This document shows positions 12,713-24,289 of a DNA stretch of 64,000 bases, in pieces. The position numbers were made by a program, and so were the translations under genes. The DNA is taken from the NCBI GenBank assembly GCA_951406725.2, contig OX597833.1, positions 59,148,001 through 59,212,000 of the forward strand, written 5' to 3'. Origin of the DNA: Octopus vulgaris (lineage: Eukaryota). Numbering within the stretch: the stretch's first letter is position 1; each line of letters starts with the position of its first letter. The notes beneath the pieces are model-generated. The model did no database searches. It was not told the DNA's origin and was given only the letters and a program-made list of their open reading frames with translations.

Positions 12713-12750
12713 CAACCTGTGGAAAAATGCAAAATGTATAAATGTTATAC

Positions 12751-12913
12751 AGCAGGAGTGGCTGTGTGGTAAGTAGCTTGCTTACCAACCAAATGGTTCT
12801 GGGTTCAGTCCCACTGCGTGGCACCTTGGGCAAGTGTCTTCTACTATAGCCTCGGGCCGACCAAAGCCTTGTGAGTGGATTTGGTAGACAAAAACTGAAA
12901 GAAGCCCGTCGTA

Positions 12914-12959
<46 letters not shown>

Positions 12960-13193
12960 TGTGTGTGTTTGTGTGTCTGTGTTTGTCCCCCTAGCATTGC
13001 TTGACAACCGATGCTGGTATGTTTATGTCCCCGTTACTTAGCGGTTCGGCAAAAGAGACCGATACAATAAGTACTGGGCTTACAAAAGAATAAGTCCCGG
13101 GGTCGAGTTGCTCGATTAAAGGCGGTGCTCCAGCATGGCCGCCGTCAAATGACTGAAACAAATAAAAGAGTAAAAGAGTAAAGAGTAAGAGTA
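12751..13193 (+). mobile_element. SINE family A, full length
   Basis: A-box TGGCTGTGTGGT, B-box GGTTCAGTCC, CORE-like ACCTTGGGCAAGT, internal (TA)n/(TG)n, (AAAAGAGT)n tail. Confidence 0.9.
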
Positions 13194-13199
13194 TACATT

Positions 13200-13362
13200 C
13201 ATCTGTCTTTACAGTCTGAGTTCAAATTCCACCAAGGTCGACTTTGCCTTTTTAACCATTTCAGAGTCGATAAATTAAGCACCAGTTGCAAGGTGGGGGT
13301 CGATCTAATCAACTGGCACCCTCCCCCAAAATTTCAGGCCTTGTGCCTAGAATAAAAAAGAA
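13200..13362 (+). mobile_element. SINE family B, 5'-truncated
   Basis: CTGAGTTCAAATTCCACCAAGGTCGACTTTGCCTTT core. Confidence 0.8.
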
Positions 13363-13440
13363 TATATCTTATACATTAAATCTTACATAAAGCAGTGTGG
13401 ATACGCAAAATATACACCCACATTATACTTATATTTATAT

Positions 13441-13838
13441 AGGCGCAGGAGTGGCTGTGTGGTAAGTAGCTTGTTTACCAACCACATGGTTCCGGGTTCA
13501 GTCCCACTGCGTGGCACCTTGGGCAAGTGTCTTCTATTATAGCCTCGGGCCGACCAAAGCCTTGTGAGTGGATTTGGTAGACGGAAACTGAAAGAAGCCT
13601 GTCGTATATATGTATATATATATGAGTGTGTGTGTGTCCCCCTAGCATTGCTTGACAACCGATGCTGGTGTGTTTATGTCCCCGTTACTTAGCGGTTCGG
13701 CAAAAGAGACCGACAGAATAAGTACTGGGCTTAGAAAAGAATAAGTCCCGGGATCGAGTTGCTCGATTAAAGGCAGTGCTCCAGCATGGCCGCAGTCAAA
13801 TGACTGAAACAAGTAAAAGAGTAAAAGAGTAAAGAGTA
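13441..13838 (+). mobile_element. SINE family A, full length
   Basis: Near-identical to 12751-13193. Confidence 0.9.
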
Positions 13839-13844
13839 TATATA

Positions 13845-14098
13845 ACTGTGGGGAAATACAAACTGTATATACATTATATCATACATCTTATTGTATATTG
13901 TATCTGATACACATCTGTAGGGAAATGCTAAATATGTCTATATTATATGATACAGCTTATAATACGTTATATCTTACACCTATAGGGATATACAAGATGT
14001 ATATAAACATTATATCTTATATACAGTTGTGATAATAAACAAAGTTTGAATGTATTATCTTTTATATTTTATTGTATGTGATATCTTTCATACAGCTT
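13845..14098. repeat. Degenerate tandem repeat, about 65-70 bp period
   Basis: CTGTGGGGAAATAC / CTGTAGGGAAATGC / CTATAGGGATATAC recur; related pieces lie near 12717 and 13392. Confidence 0.5.
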
Positions 14099-14214
14099 GT
14101 CCGGTTGATATTCCTTTCGTCACTTCTCGGTAGGAGAACACATGAATGATTTATATACACACATATATATATATGTAGAGAGAGGTAGATAGATGAGTGT
14201 GAATGTGAACGTTA

Positions 14215-14377
14215 TGTGTGTGTGTGTGTGTGTGTGCGTGTAGTTGTAGTAGTAGTAGTAGTAGTAGTAGCAGAAACAGGAAGTCCTTCATATAGTATAT
14301 GTGTGTGTGTGTAGTAATGTTGGTGGTGGTGGTGGTGATAGTGATGGTGGTGGTAGCAGTAGTAGTAGTAGTTGTAA

Positions 14378-14434
<57 letters not shown>

Positions 14435-14496
14435 CTGCAGCAGTAGTGGTGGTGGTCGTCGTCGTCATCGTCGTTGTCGTCGTCGTGGTAGTAGTT

Positions 14497-14531
<35 letters not shown>

Positions 14532-14662
14532 TGTAGTAGTAGTTGTAGTAGTAGTAGTAGTTGTAGTAGTAGTAGTAGTAGTAGTGGTGGTCGTCGTCGT
14601 CGTCGTGGTAGTTGTAGTGGTTGTAGTAGTAGTAGTAGTAAGTCGTAATAGTAGTAGTAGTA

Positions 14663-14693
<31 letters not shown>

Positions 14694-14770
14694 AAATAGG
14701 AAGTCCTTCATATAGTATAATATGTGTGTGTGTGTATGTGTGTGTGTATGTGTGTGTGTATGTGTGTGTG
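14215..14770. repeat. (TAG)n/(GTC)n trinucleotide expansion with (TG)n flanks
   Basis: Directly visible. Confidence 0.95.
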
Positions 14771-15237
14771 TACAGAGATGGAGGGAGAGACAGAAATAGA
14801 CATTGAATGACAAAGAGACTTCAATTTATTTCTGGAACACTCCATGCCAGATGTTCTGGAGGAGAGTAACATTTGCAGTGAAGAACGGCAGAAGAATGAT
14901 CGGCAGTCTAAGAAATTTTACAAATGATGTCGATTGGTCAACTGGTTTTTTAAAGATGAATTATCCGATGTCACGAGTCGTTACATTGATTAGTTAAATG
15001 ATTCTAAAGAAGAATTTATCTGATGTTACCAGAAGTCAAGATGTTGCTCCGAGTAAATACAATATGGAACTACGAAAAATATTCAGGTTTTGGTGACACG
15101 AGGACAACATAGAAAACAAGCAAACAACGACGTGTCCACCGTAGACGATGTCCAAATTAAAGGAACTAGTGGACGTATTTCCTTACTTGATGAATCTAAT
15201 CGATGAAAACATAATCTGTCAAACGAAGATAAAGGTT

Positions 15238-15395
15238 ACTCTTTCACTTGTTTCAGTCATTTGACTGTGGCCATGTTGGAGCACCGCCTTTTAGTCGATC
15301 AAATCGACCCCGGGACTTATTCTTTGTAAGCCTAGTACTTATTCTATCTGTCTCTTTTGCCGAACCGCTAAGTGACGGGGACATAAACACAGCAG
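15238..15395 (-). mobile_element. SINE family A, 3' part
   Basis: Reverse complement of the family A 3' half. Confidence 0.85.
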
Positions 15396-15516
15396 CATGT
15401 TTGGTGCCAAAATTTATGTTGCACCAACTGCAACTCGGTTACTGATGTGGTCACTGCAGAGTAATCATGTCAATGACCAGGTCACAAATGTTGCGACGGA
15501 AATATTGACATCAAAT

Positions 15517-15925
15517 ACTCTTTTACTTGTTTCAGTCATTTGGCTGTGGCCATGCTGGAGCACCGCCTTTCGTCGAGCAAATCGACCCCAGAACTTATTC
15601 TTCGTAAGCCTAGTACTTATTCTATCGGTCACTTTTGCCAAACTGCTAATGTTACAGGGACATAAACACAGCAGCATCGGTTATCAAGCGATGTTGGGGG
15701 GGACTAACACAGACACACAAACATATACACACACACATGCATATATATATATATACACATATATACGACGGGCTTCTTTCAGTTTCCGTCTACCAAATCC
15801 ACTCACAAGGTTTTGGTCGGCCCGAGGCTATAGTAGAAAACACTTGCCCAAGGTGCCACGCAGTGGGACTGAACCCAGAACCATGTGGTTGGTAAGCAAG
15901 CTACTTACCACACAGCCACTCCTAT
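15517..15925 (-). mobile_element. SINE family A, full length
   Basis: Ends on the + strand in CTACTTACCACACAGCCACTCCT (reverse complement of the head). Confidence 0.9.
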
Positions 15926-16029
15926 GTTATGAAAATATGGAGGTGTATTTGCCATGTAAGTGATTTGCTCTGAGACCATGTGTTGGAACTAAAATGATTG
16001 CAGCCTGCAAGACACATGCTGCGTTCATT

Positions 16030-16460
16030 CTTGGCACAAGGCCAGCAATTTCAGAGGGAGTAAGTTGATTATATTGACCTCCAGGCAGCGAGCTGGCAGA
16101 AACGTTAGCACGCCGGGCGAAATGCTTAGCAGTATTTCGCCTGCCGCTTTGTTCTGAGTTCAAATTCCGCCGAGGCCGACTTTGCCTTTCATCCTTTCTG
16201 GGTCGATTACATAAGTACCAGTTACGCACTGGGGGCGATATAATCGACTTAATCCGTTTGTCTGTCCTTGTTTGTTCCCTCTGTGTTTATCCCCTTGTGG
16301 GTAGTAAAGAAATATATATTCGGTGGTACTTATTTTATTGACTCTGAAAGGATAAAAGGCAAAGTCGACCTCTGTGGAGTTTGAACTCAGAATGAATGGA
16401 TGTACAAAATTCCACTATGCATTTTGCCCGGCGTGCCAATAATTTTGCCAGCTTGCTGCC
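16030..16460. mobile_element. Old SINE B (-) interrupted by a younger SINE B (+, 16083-16313)
   Basis: Minus-strand pieces at 16030-16082 and 16320-16460 flank a full plus-strand copy. Confidence 0.8.
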
Positions 16461-16650
16461 TTATCGTGGGAAAACATGTGTTAACCATTCAAAAATACAT
16501 ACAAAGACTGTTAACTGCACTTAAACATTTATTGTTTGGTGCCAAAATTTATGTTGCACCAACTGCAACTCGGTCACTGACGTCGTCACTGCAGAGTAAT
16601 CATGTCAATGACCAGGTCACAAACGTTGCGACGGAAATTTTGACATCAAA

Positions 16651-17032
16651 TACTCTCTTACTTGTTTCAATCATTTGACTGTGGCCATACTGGAGCACCG
16701 CCTTTAGTCAAGCAAATCGACCCCAGGACTTATTCTTTGTAAGCCTAGTACTTATTCTATCGGTCGCTTTTGCCGAACCGCTAAGTTACGGGGACATAAA
16801 CAGACCACCATTCGGTTGTCAAGCGATGTTGGGGTGACAAACATATACACACACACATGCATATACACGCACGTACATATATATGACGGGCTTCTTTCAG
16901 TTTCTGTCTACCAAATCCACTCACATGGCTTTGGTCGGCCCGGGGCTATAGTAGAAGCCTCTTGCCCAAGGTGCCACGCAGGGACCATATGGATGGTAAG
17001 CAAGCTACTTACCACACAGCCACTCCTGCGCC
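16651..17032 (-). mobile_element. SINE family A
   Basis: Reverse complement of the family A consensus. Confidence 0.9.
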
Positions 17033-17879
17033 AATAAATAAGGTATGTTTAACATGAACTACAATGCTCTTCTCTCATAAAGAGATCAACACGCATGCAC
17101 ACAGACACACAAACACACAGACACAGACACACACGCATACACAAACACTCACACACACACTCACACGCACACACACTCTCACACACACACACACTGTCAA
17201 GTCTACATCTATTGCCTTACCTGCCTCTTTGTCACCATCTCATTTCCTTATCGCTCATATTCCCATCACTCATCTCCTCATCATTCATCTTCTCATCACT
17301 CATCTCCCCACCATCATTCATCCCTCCCATTACCACTCACCCACTGCTGCTGGCACGGGGAAGGGGAAGAAAGGATAAGGGCAGTAATAAAATTTCTTGT
17401 TCAACCCTCTCATCTCTTACCCAGCATCCTTCTCCACTCTCACTCGCTGCACCACACCACCCATGTAATAACGAACGATACTGGACTAACCCCTATTCCA
17501 GTCCCACTCATCACCCCCACCACCATCCCTGTCTTACCATCGTGCTTACCAATCAACCACTTTCCCTTTTCACTGTTGTTTTTTCAGGCAGATGTCCCCT
17601 TTGAGAGATTAAACCAAAGGATTTATCTTTTTAATTATACTAGCATTTCAATCCTAATCATGTCTATCTAATTAGTAATTGTCTCATCACTACTTTTACA
17701 GTATAATGAGTTTGGCTGAGGAGGATTTATGAGGCTGAAACAAGCCTGGAGTTGTCTCCCATGTTAGTCAGTCACATCTTTTCCTCATTGCATAATTCCT
17801 ATCCATTACGTTCATCTGTTCACTTCATTAAGTATACAACCACCAATTTAATTATTTATTTAAATAAAGTAATTAGTAA

Positions 17880-18172
17880 TGTTTGTGTGTGTGTGCTCAT
17901 GGGTCCGGTTTCCTGGTTTCTGTAGCGTATGTGTTCCCCCCAGCTGGACAGGATGCCAGTCCATGCAGCGTTACCCAAGAAACAAGAAGAAAGTGCGAGA
18001 GAAAGTTGGGGTGAAAGAGTACAAGAGGGGTCGCCACCACCCCCTGCCGGAGCCTCGTGGAGCTTTAGGTGTTTTTGCTCAATAAATACACACAACGCCT
18101 GGTCTGGGAATTGAAACCATGATCCTCCGACAGTGAGTCTGCTACCCTAACCACTGGGCCATTGCGCCTCCA
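17880..18172 (-). mobile_element. SINE family C (tRNA head), tail type 1
   Basis: Head GTGGAGGCGCAATGGCCCAGTGGTTAGGG..GGTTTCAATTCCCAGACC on the minus strand. Confidence 0.85.
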
Positions 18173-18195
18173 CATATACATACGTACATACATAT

Positions 18196-18259
<64 letters not shown>

Positions 18260-18269
18260 GTATGTATTG

Positions 18270-18572
18270 CGGTGCCATGTAAAAGCACTTGTGCAGCGAC
18301 ATGTAAAAGCGCCTGTTTAGCGCCACATAACAATGCCTGTGCAGTACCATGTAAAAGTACCTGTGTGGTACTGCATAAAAGCACCCATGCAGTGCCCCAT
18401 AAAGCACCCTGTGGTTAGCATCAGGAAGGGTATCCAGGTGTAGAAACCATGCTAAATCAGGCTGGAGTCTATTGCAAGTCCCAGCTTTCCAGCTCCGGTC
18501 AAACCATCCAACCCATGCCAGCATGGACAACGGACGTTAAACGATGATGATGATGATTATGATTATGATGAT
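18270..18572 (+). mobile_element. Family E element with six 24-bp internal repeats and a (GAT)n tail
   Basis: GCCATGTAAAAGCAC-like units at 18270-18410, then AGGAAGGGTATCCAG..AACCCATGCCAGCATGG..GTTAAACGATGAT. Confidence 0.75.
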
Positions 18573-18619
18573 GTGGATATACTACATTTACATGTATATG
18601 CATGTGTGTGTGTGGATGG

Positions 18620-19540
18620 GGTATGAAAGTAAACCATTGCACATAAGATTCATTGACCTGGAGAAAGCTTTTGACAAATCCTTTATTCTGTGATCCGGTG
18701 GTCTTTGAAGAAGCTAGAGACAGACAAATGGCTCATGAAAGCCATACAAGCCACGTCCAGGGGTTGTGTCAGTAAGGTGAGATTTAGTCATGACTGCAGG
18801 ATGGAATTTAGAATTCATGTAGGAGTTTACCAGTGCTTGATTTATCACTCCCCTCTTATTCACCCTTGCTCTCCTTGCCAGAATAGACGAATTTATGACC
18901 AACTTCCCTTGGGAACTACTAAATGGTGATGATCTCATTTTCAAAGCAAAATCTGTAATAGAATAAGCAAAGAAATTCCATAAGTAGAAGCAAACCCTGG
19001 AGCCAAAGGACCTTAAAGTTAACATAGCAAAAACCAAAGTCCAACAGAATTCTACTCCCATCAGGTAAAGGGCCTTACTAGTGATATGTAGAAAAAGTAT
19101 AGGTGGGAATTTGGTAGTGTTTGTTTGTTTGTTCCTTCTCGAGCCATGCCTGACTCATAAGGGCCAGTTTCCCAGTTTCCTTGGCATATAGGTTCCCCAC
19201 CTGGACAGGACACCGGTCCGTCGTGGGTGAACTGCAGGATGCAGGAGGACAGAGTGAGAGAAAGTTGAGGCGAAAGAGTCAGCAGAAGTTCGCCATTACC
19301 TTCTGCCGGAGCCGCATGGAGCTTAGGTGTTTCGCTCATAAACACACACATCGCCCGGTTTGAAATTCGAACCCTCGATCCCTCGACCACGAGTCCACTG
19401 CTCTAACCACTAGGCCATGTGCCTTCACAAATTTGGTAGTGTAGCTAGGGCAAGCTACAGACAAGCAAGAGGTGCAGTGGAATCACACGGAGGTTAACAG
19501 AGAAAGCAGAGTTTGTATGTAGAAGAAGCACAGGTATAAT
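18620..19540 (+). pseudogene. Decayed RTE-clade LINE ORF fragment (reverse transcriptase plus Cys-rich segment), interrupted by a SINE
   Basis: Translated pieces KPLHIRFIDLEKAFD, IRWSLKKL, GVYQ, SPLLF, PWELLNGDDL, LKVNIAKTKV match RTE RT motifs; stops and frameshifts present. Confidence 0.85.
19121..19429 (-). mobile_element. SINE family C variant, tail type 1, with 13-bp TSD
   Basis: TSD AATTTGGTAGTGT at 19108-19120 and 19430-19442; (AAAC)n tail on the minus strand. Confidence 0.9.
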
Positions 19541-19908
19541 AATCGCTAAAGACACGGGAAATACCACATCTATTAGTGTATAAGACGCACTTCAGTTTAT
19601 TTTTATTACGGATGGAATATCGTGAGTTGTTAGCTAGGAAGCTGGATAAGCATAAGTCCATTAAGCACAATAATTGTTTTCTAATAATAAAATATTGAAA
19701 ACAAGCCAAATTATCACAGTCTGTTAGCACAAACTTATGAAATATTGTTTACGCTATGTCGGCAGTTTTGTTGTGGTGGTGGGTCACATTGTATCATTAT
19801 GCCTCCTACTTTGGCAGACACAATCCATACCTAATATGTCTTATGTAATTTAAAATCTGTTACCTTTATCTTTTATCTCCTGTTTTTTACTTGTTTCAAT
19901 CATTAGAC

Positions 19909-20358
19909 CAGTGGTTTTCAACCAGGGTTCCTATTTCTTTACTACCCACAAGGGGCTAAACACAGAGGGGACAAACAAGGACAGACAAAGGGATTAAGTC
20001 GATTATATCGACCCCAGTGAGAAACTGGTACTTATTTACTCGACCCCGAAAGGATGAAAGGCAAAGTCGACCTCGGCAGAATTTGAACTCAGAACGTAAC
20101 GGTAGCCGAATTACCGCTAAGCATTTCGCCCGGCGTGCCAACGTTTCTGCCAGCTCGCCGTTTTCAACCAGGGTTCCGCGGAACCTTAGGGTTCTGCCAG
20201 TACAGTCCAGGGGTTCCGCAAGAAGTTACAAAACTGCTAAAATCGGCAGTAATTTTTAAGTCTCCTGTGCAGATATGTGCGCATAAGACTATTAAATTAT
20301 TGCACAGGGGTTCCTCGAGCCAGTGGAATGTTTCCAGCAAAAAGTTTGAAAAGCACTG
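19909..20358. mobile_element. hAT-type MITE containing a SINE B insertion
   Basis: Termini CAGTGGTTTTCAACC ... GTTTGAAAAGCACTG; CATTAGAC at 19901-19908 and 20362-20369. Confidence 0.8.
19932..20159 (-). mobile_element. SINE family B, full length, 18-bp TSD
   Basis: GTTTTCAACCAGGGTTCC at 19914-19931 and 20160-20177. Confidence 0.95.
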
Positions 20359-20559
20359 CATCATTAGACTGTGGCCATGCTGGGGCACAACCTTGAAGAA
20401 TTATAGTTGAACAAATCAACCCCAAGTACTGATTTCTTTTTAAATAACCCTAGATGTAATAGATAGTTTTTGTTATTCAGGTGGAAGAGGATGTTCCAAA
20501 AGTATAGTTGCTAGAATAAGAATAGGATAGCAGAAGTTCAGAGAGTTGTTATATTTTTT

Positions 20560-20848
20560 GGTAGCAAAAGCCTTGTGACTTGATTTGGTAGACAGAAACT
20601 GAAAGAAGCCTGTCGTATATATATATGTTTGTCTGTTTGTGTTTGTCACCCCAACATCGCTTGACAACAGATGCTGATGTGTTTATGTCCCCGTAACATT
20701 AGCGATTCAGCAAAAGGGACCAATAGAATAAGTACTAGGCTTACGAAAAATAAATCCTGGGGTCGATTTGCTTGACTGAAGGCGATGCTCCAGCATGGCC
20801 ACAATCAAATGACTGAAGCAAGTAAAAGAATAAAAGAATCAAAGAATA
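20560..20848 (+). mobile_element. SINE family A, 5'-truncated
   Basis: Family A body and tail. Confidence 0.85.
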
Positions 20849-20855
20849 TATATAT

Positions 20856-21132
20856 AGTGGTTAGGGCAGCGGACTCGCGGTTGTAGGATCGCGGTTTCGA
20901 TTCCCAGACCGGGCGTTGTGAGTGTTTATTATTACCTAAAGCTCCGTGAGGCTCCAGCAGGGGGCGGTGGCGATCCCTGCTGTACTCTTTCACCACAACT
21001 TTCTCTCAATCTTTCTTCTGTTGGCCTGCTCACTTAGCCAGTGGGGTGGCATCACTTGAAGGCTAAAAACAATGCGAGGCGCATTGTGATCAGCGATGTG
21101 TAGCAACATCTGATAGCCTGGTCGGTCCCGGT

Positions 21133-21135
<3 letters not shown>
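20856..21135 (+). mobile_element. SINE family C, tail type 2
   Basis: AGTGGTTAGGGCAGCGGACTCGCGG..GGTTTCGATTCCCAGACC head; tail ..CAATGCGAGGCGCATTGTGA..GATAGCCTGGTCGGTC. Confidence 0.85.
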
Positions 21136-21170
<35 letters not shown>

Positions 21171-21527
21171 CTTGTTTATGTATGCTGCATCTGCGCATGT
21201 TGCATCTATAGATCGCATTTATGGTATGACATCATTTATTACCAAATACTGAAACGTAAGCAGACGTAAACAGATGTAATAAAGGAATAACAAGTTCAAG
21301 CCCTTCTGCTTTTGTCTCAATCTTTATCGATGTTGGTCTTTATATTACGTTATAATAGTCCTCTCCAGACTGCATAGAACCTCATGCGATTGCTAAAGCA
21401 AGGGCAGGGTAGATTTATGCGATTACCACAAAGGACCAAAACCTGAATAACCGTACAATCGTCACACACACTGAGCCCATCCATTCCTACACACTTACAC
21501 ACATGTGTATATATATATATATACACA

Positions 21528-21746
21528 GGCGGCGAGCTGGCAGAATCGTTAGCACGCCGGCCGAAATGCGTAGCCGTATTTCGTCTGCCGTTACGTTCTG
21601 AGTTCAAATTCCGCCGAGGTCGACTTTGTCTTTCATCCTTTCGGGGTCGATAAATTAAGTACCAGTTACGCACTGGGGTCGATATAATCGACTTAATCCA
21701 TTTGTCTGTCCTCTCTGTGTTTAGCCACTTGTGGGTAGTAAAGAAA
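21528..21746 (+). mobile_element. SINE family B, full length
   Basis: Consensus-like copy. Confidence 0.9.
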
Positions 21747-21842
21747 TTTATATATATATATACACAAAAAATTCAGGGTGAATACTTGATAACAGTAAGC
21801 ACCTGTATATGCCAGTTAGTGGTGTAGGTGATAGGGTATATG

Positions 21843-21940
21843 TATCAAAAGAAAAACAGGATGCAAAAGAATTTAGCGGTACATATGTTTCAGAAACATA
21901 TGTACCTCTAAATCCTTTGCATCCTGTTTTTCTTTTGATA
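21843..21940. repeat. Near-perfect 98-bp palindrome (1-nt spacer)
   Basis: Arms 21843-21891 and 21893-21940 differ by about 2 mismatches and 1 indel; centre TGTTTC-A-GAAACA. Confidence 0.95.
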
Positions 21941-21960
21941 AATATATATATAAATATATA

Positions 21961-22356
21961 TGGAATGGAAGCACTCCGTCGGTTCCGACGACAAGGGTTC
22001 CGGTTGATCCGAATCAACGGAACAGCCTGCTCGTGAAATTAACGTGTAAGTGGCTGAGCACTCCACAGACACGTGTACCCTTAATGTAATTCTCAGGGAT
22101 ATTCAGCGTGACACAGAGAGTGACAAGGCCGGCCCTTTGAAATACAGGTACAACAGAAACAGGAAGTAAGAGTGAGAGTGAGAGAAAGTTGTGGTGAAAG
22201 AGTACAGCAGGGATCACCACCATCCCCTGCCAGAGCCTCGTGGAGCTTTAGGTGTTTTCGCTCAATAAACACTCACAACGCCCGGTCTGGGAATCGAAAC
22301 CGCGATCCTACGACCGCGAGTCCGCTGCCCTAACCACTGGGCCATTGCGCCTCCAC
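21961..22356 (-). mobile_element. SINE family C, tail type 3
   Basis: Family C head at 22356; tail includes GGCCGGCCTTGTCAC..GGGTACACGTGTCTGTGGAGTGCTCAGCC; ends in (TTCCA)n. Confidence 0.9.
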
Positions 22357-22483
22357 AATAAATATATATATATATATAGGAAGCCTCTTGTTGTATTTCT
22401 ATGTGAATAATATATAGTCTAATGACTAATTCGTTTTTGTACTAGGCCACTGGTAATAATAATTTCCTATTACTCTATTGTTA

Positions 22484-22529
<46 letters not shown>

Positions 22530-22559
22530 TAAATAAAACATATGCATATATATAAACAT

Positions 22560-22775
22560 ATATGTACGTACCTACCTCTACATGTACATATACACGCATA
22601 TATGAGTACAGGACACCAAAGGGACGTCGAACACAAAGAGAAACGAAAACATAGACACAAACCCAAGGAACTGGACATTTTTTTAAACAACAAAAAAATA
22701 GAGTACAGGACGATTAACACAAGGAAAAAACCCCTTCTTCAGTCGCCATGGTTCCATCTACTCTACGTTTCGAAG

Positions 22776-22778
<3 letters not shown>
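22560..22778 (-). mobile_element. (TA)n-embedded PLE-like element with permuted hammerhead motifs
   Basis: Minus strand CCTTCGAAACGTA...GACTGAAGAAGGGG; homolog at 52600-52864. Confidence 0.55.
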
Positions 22779-22853
<75 letters not shown>

Positions 22854-23138
22854 AGAGAGAGAGAGAGAGAAAGATGTATAATAATAATAATAACAATCTA
22901 TGTATGGAATTCATAAATATTAGAATATTTATAAATGCCATCCATAGATTATCATTATTATTGTTATTATTATTATTGTTACTATATCTGAGCTACATTA
23001 TACTGACATAGCTCGGTGCAACCCCCACTGGTGTTATTAGGCTGCAGCCAACATAATGAAATAGAAGCTTTTATATCCATATTCAAAAATGTTTCCCCAT
23101 AAACGAACTTAAAAGATATTTGTATGTATATATATATA

Positions 23139-23173
<35 letters not shown>

Positions 23174-23628
23174 CATGCTAGCATGGAGAACGGACGTTAA
23201 ACGATGATGATGATGATGATGATATATATATATATATATAATTTCTTGTATACATTACAACTCACAACGTGGGGATAATCAAAATTCCTCTTTTCTGTTA
23301 CGATATATATATGTATGCATTTATGTTTGTATATATATATTTATGTATGTATGTATGTATGTATGTATGTATATGTATATTAATGTGTATGTACATATAT
23401 ATATGAATGTATGTATGTATGTATGTATATGTATGTGTATATATATATATATATATATATAAAGTACAGTTCTAGCGTGGTCGATGCCAGTGCTGCCTGC
23501 AGTAACACTTGTATTCTTTTGCGCACAATCGGCAACCCTGGGTTTTTTAATATTTGCTAAGGATTGCTCGAAGCTAACTTTCTTCTTACTCTTCAATCAC
23601 TGGATCTTACATTTATATGTACATATAT

Positions 23629-23671
<43 letters not shown>

Positions 23672-23673
<2 letters not shown>

Positions 23674-23801
23674 GGAGTGGCTTTGTGGTAAGTAGCCTGC
23701 TTACCAACCACATGGTTATCTTCAACTATAGCGTCAGGTCAACCAAATTCTTGTGAATGGACTTGGTAGACAGAAACTGAAAGAAGCCTATTGTATATTT
23801 G

Positions 23802-23832
<31 letters not shown>

Positions 23833-23945
23833 ATAGGTTTGTGTGTCTGTGTTTGTCCCCTCTACGTCGCTTGACAACCAATGCTGGTGTGTTTATGTCC
23901 CCGTAACTTAGTGGTTTGGTAAATGAGTAAAAGACTAAAAGAATA
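23672..23945 (+). mobile_element. SINE family A, internally deleted
   Basis: Head and body motifs of family A. Confidence 0.8.
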
Positions 23946-24289
23946 TATGTATATGTGTATGTATGTATGTATGTATGTATGTATATACATACATAGATAC
24001 ATACATACATATACATATATGAATAGGGTAGTCAGAGTGGAATATTTGGGAGATCTAATGCTATCTCTCACTATATGAATGTATATGAACAGATGCAAGA
24101 GGGCGATGGTATGATGGTGCATCATAGAAAGAGACAAAAGCAAGAGGGTGTGGAGGAAGAAATGGTGGAGCCATCAAGAGAGGGGTCAGTAAAAGAGAAG
24201 TTGTGGAGAAGGCAGTGAAATGGCAAGAGAGTGAAAACTGAGGCTGAGAGGATTCCAGCTGCTGCCACCACCCACCTCCACCATATTAA

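Noticed and set aside
12751-12830. tRNA genes at SINE heads (families A-D)
   Set aside because: A/B boxes are present, but there is no complete cloverleaf and each head continues into a SINE body.
12669-13658. Recurrent ORFs ..RRHLPKVPRSGTEP.. and MRNWYL..RPRKDERQSRPRR..
   Set aside because: Antisense translations of SINE families A and B; they recur because the SINEs recur.
14151-14813. Poly-Thr/Ser/Val mucin-like ORFs
   Set aside because: (TAG)n expansion with no splice or start context.
14800-15237. Unique segment with short ORFs
   Set aside because: Stops in all frames at short intervals and no recognisable motif.
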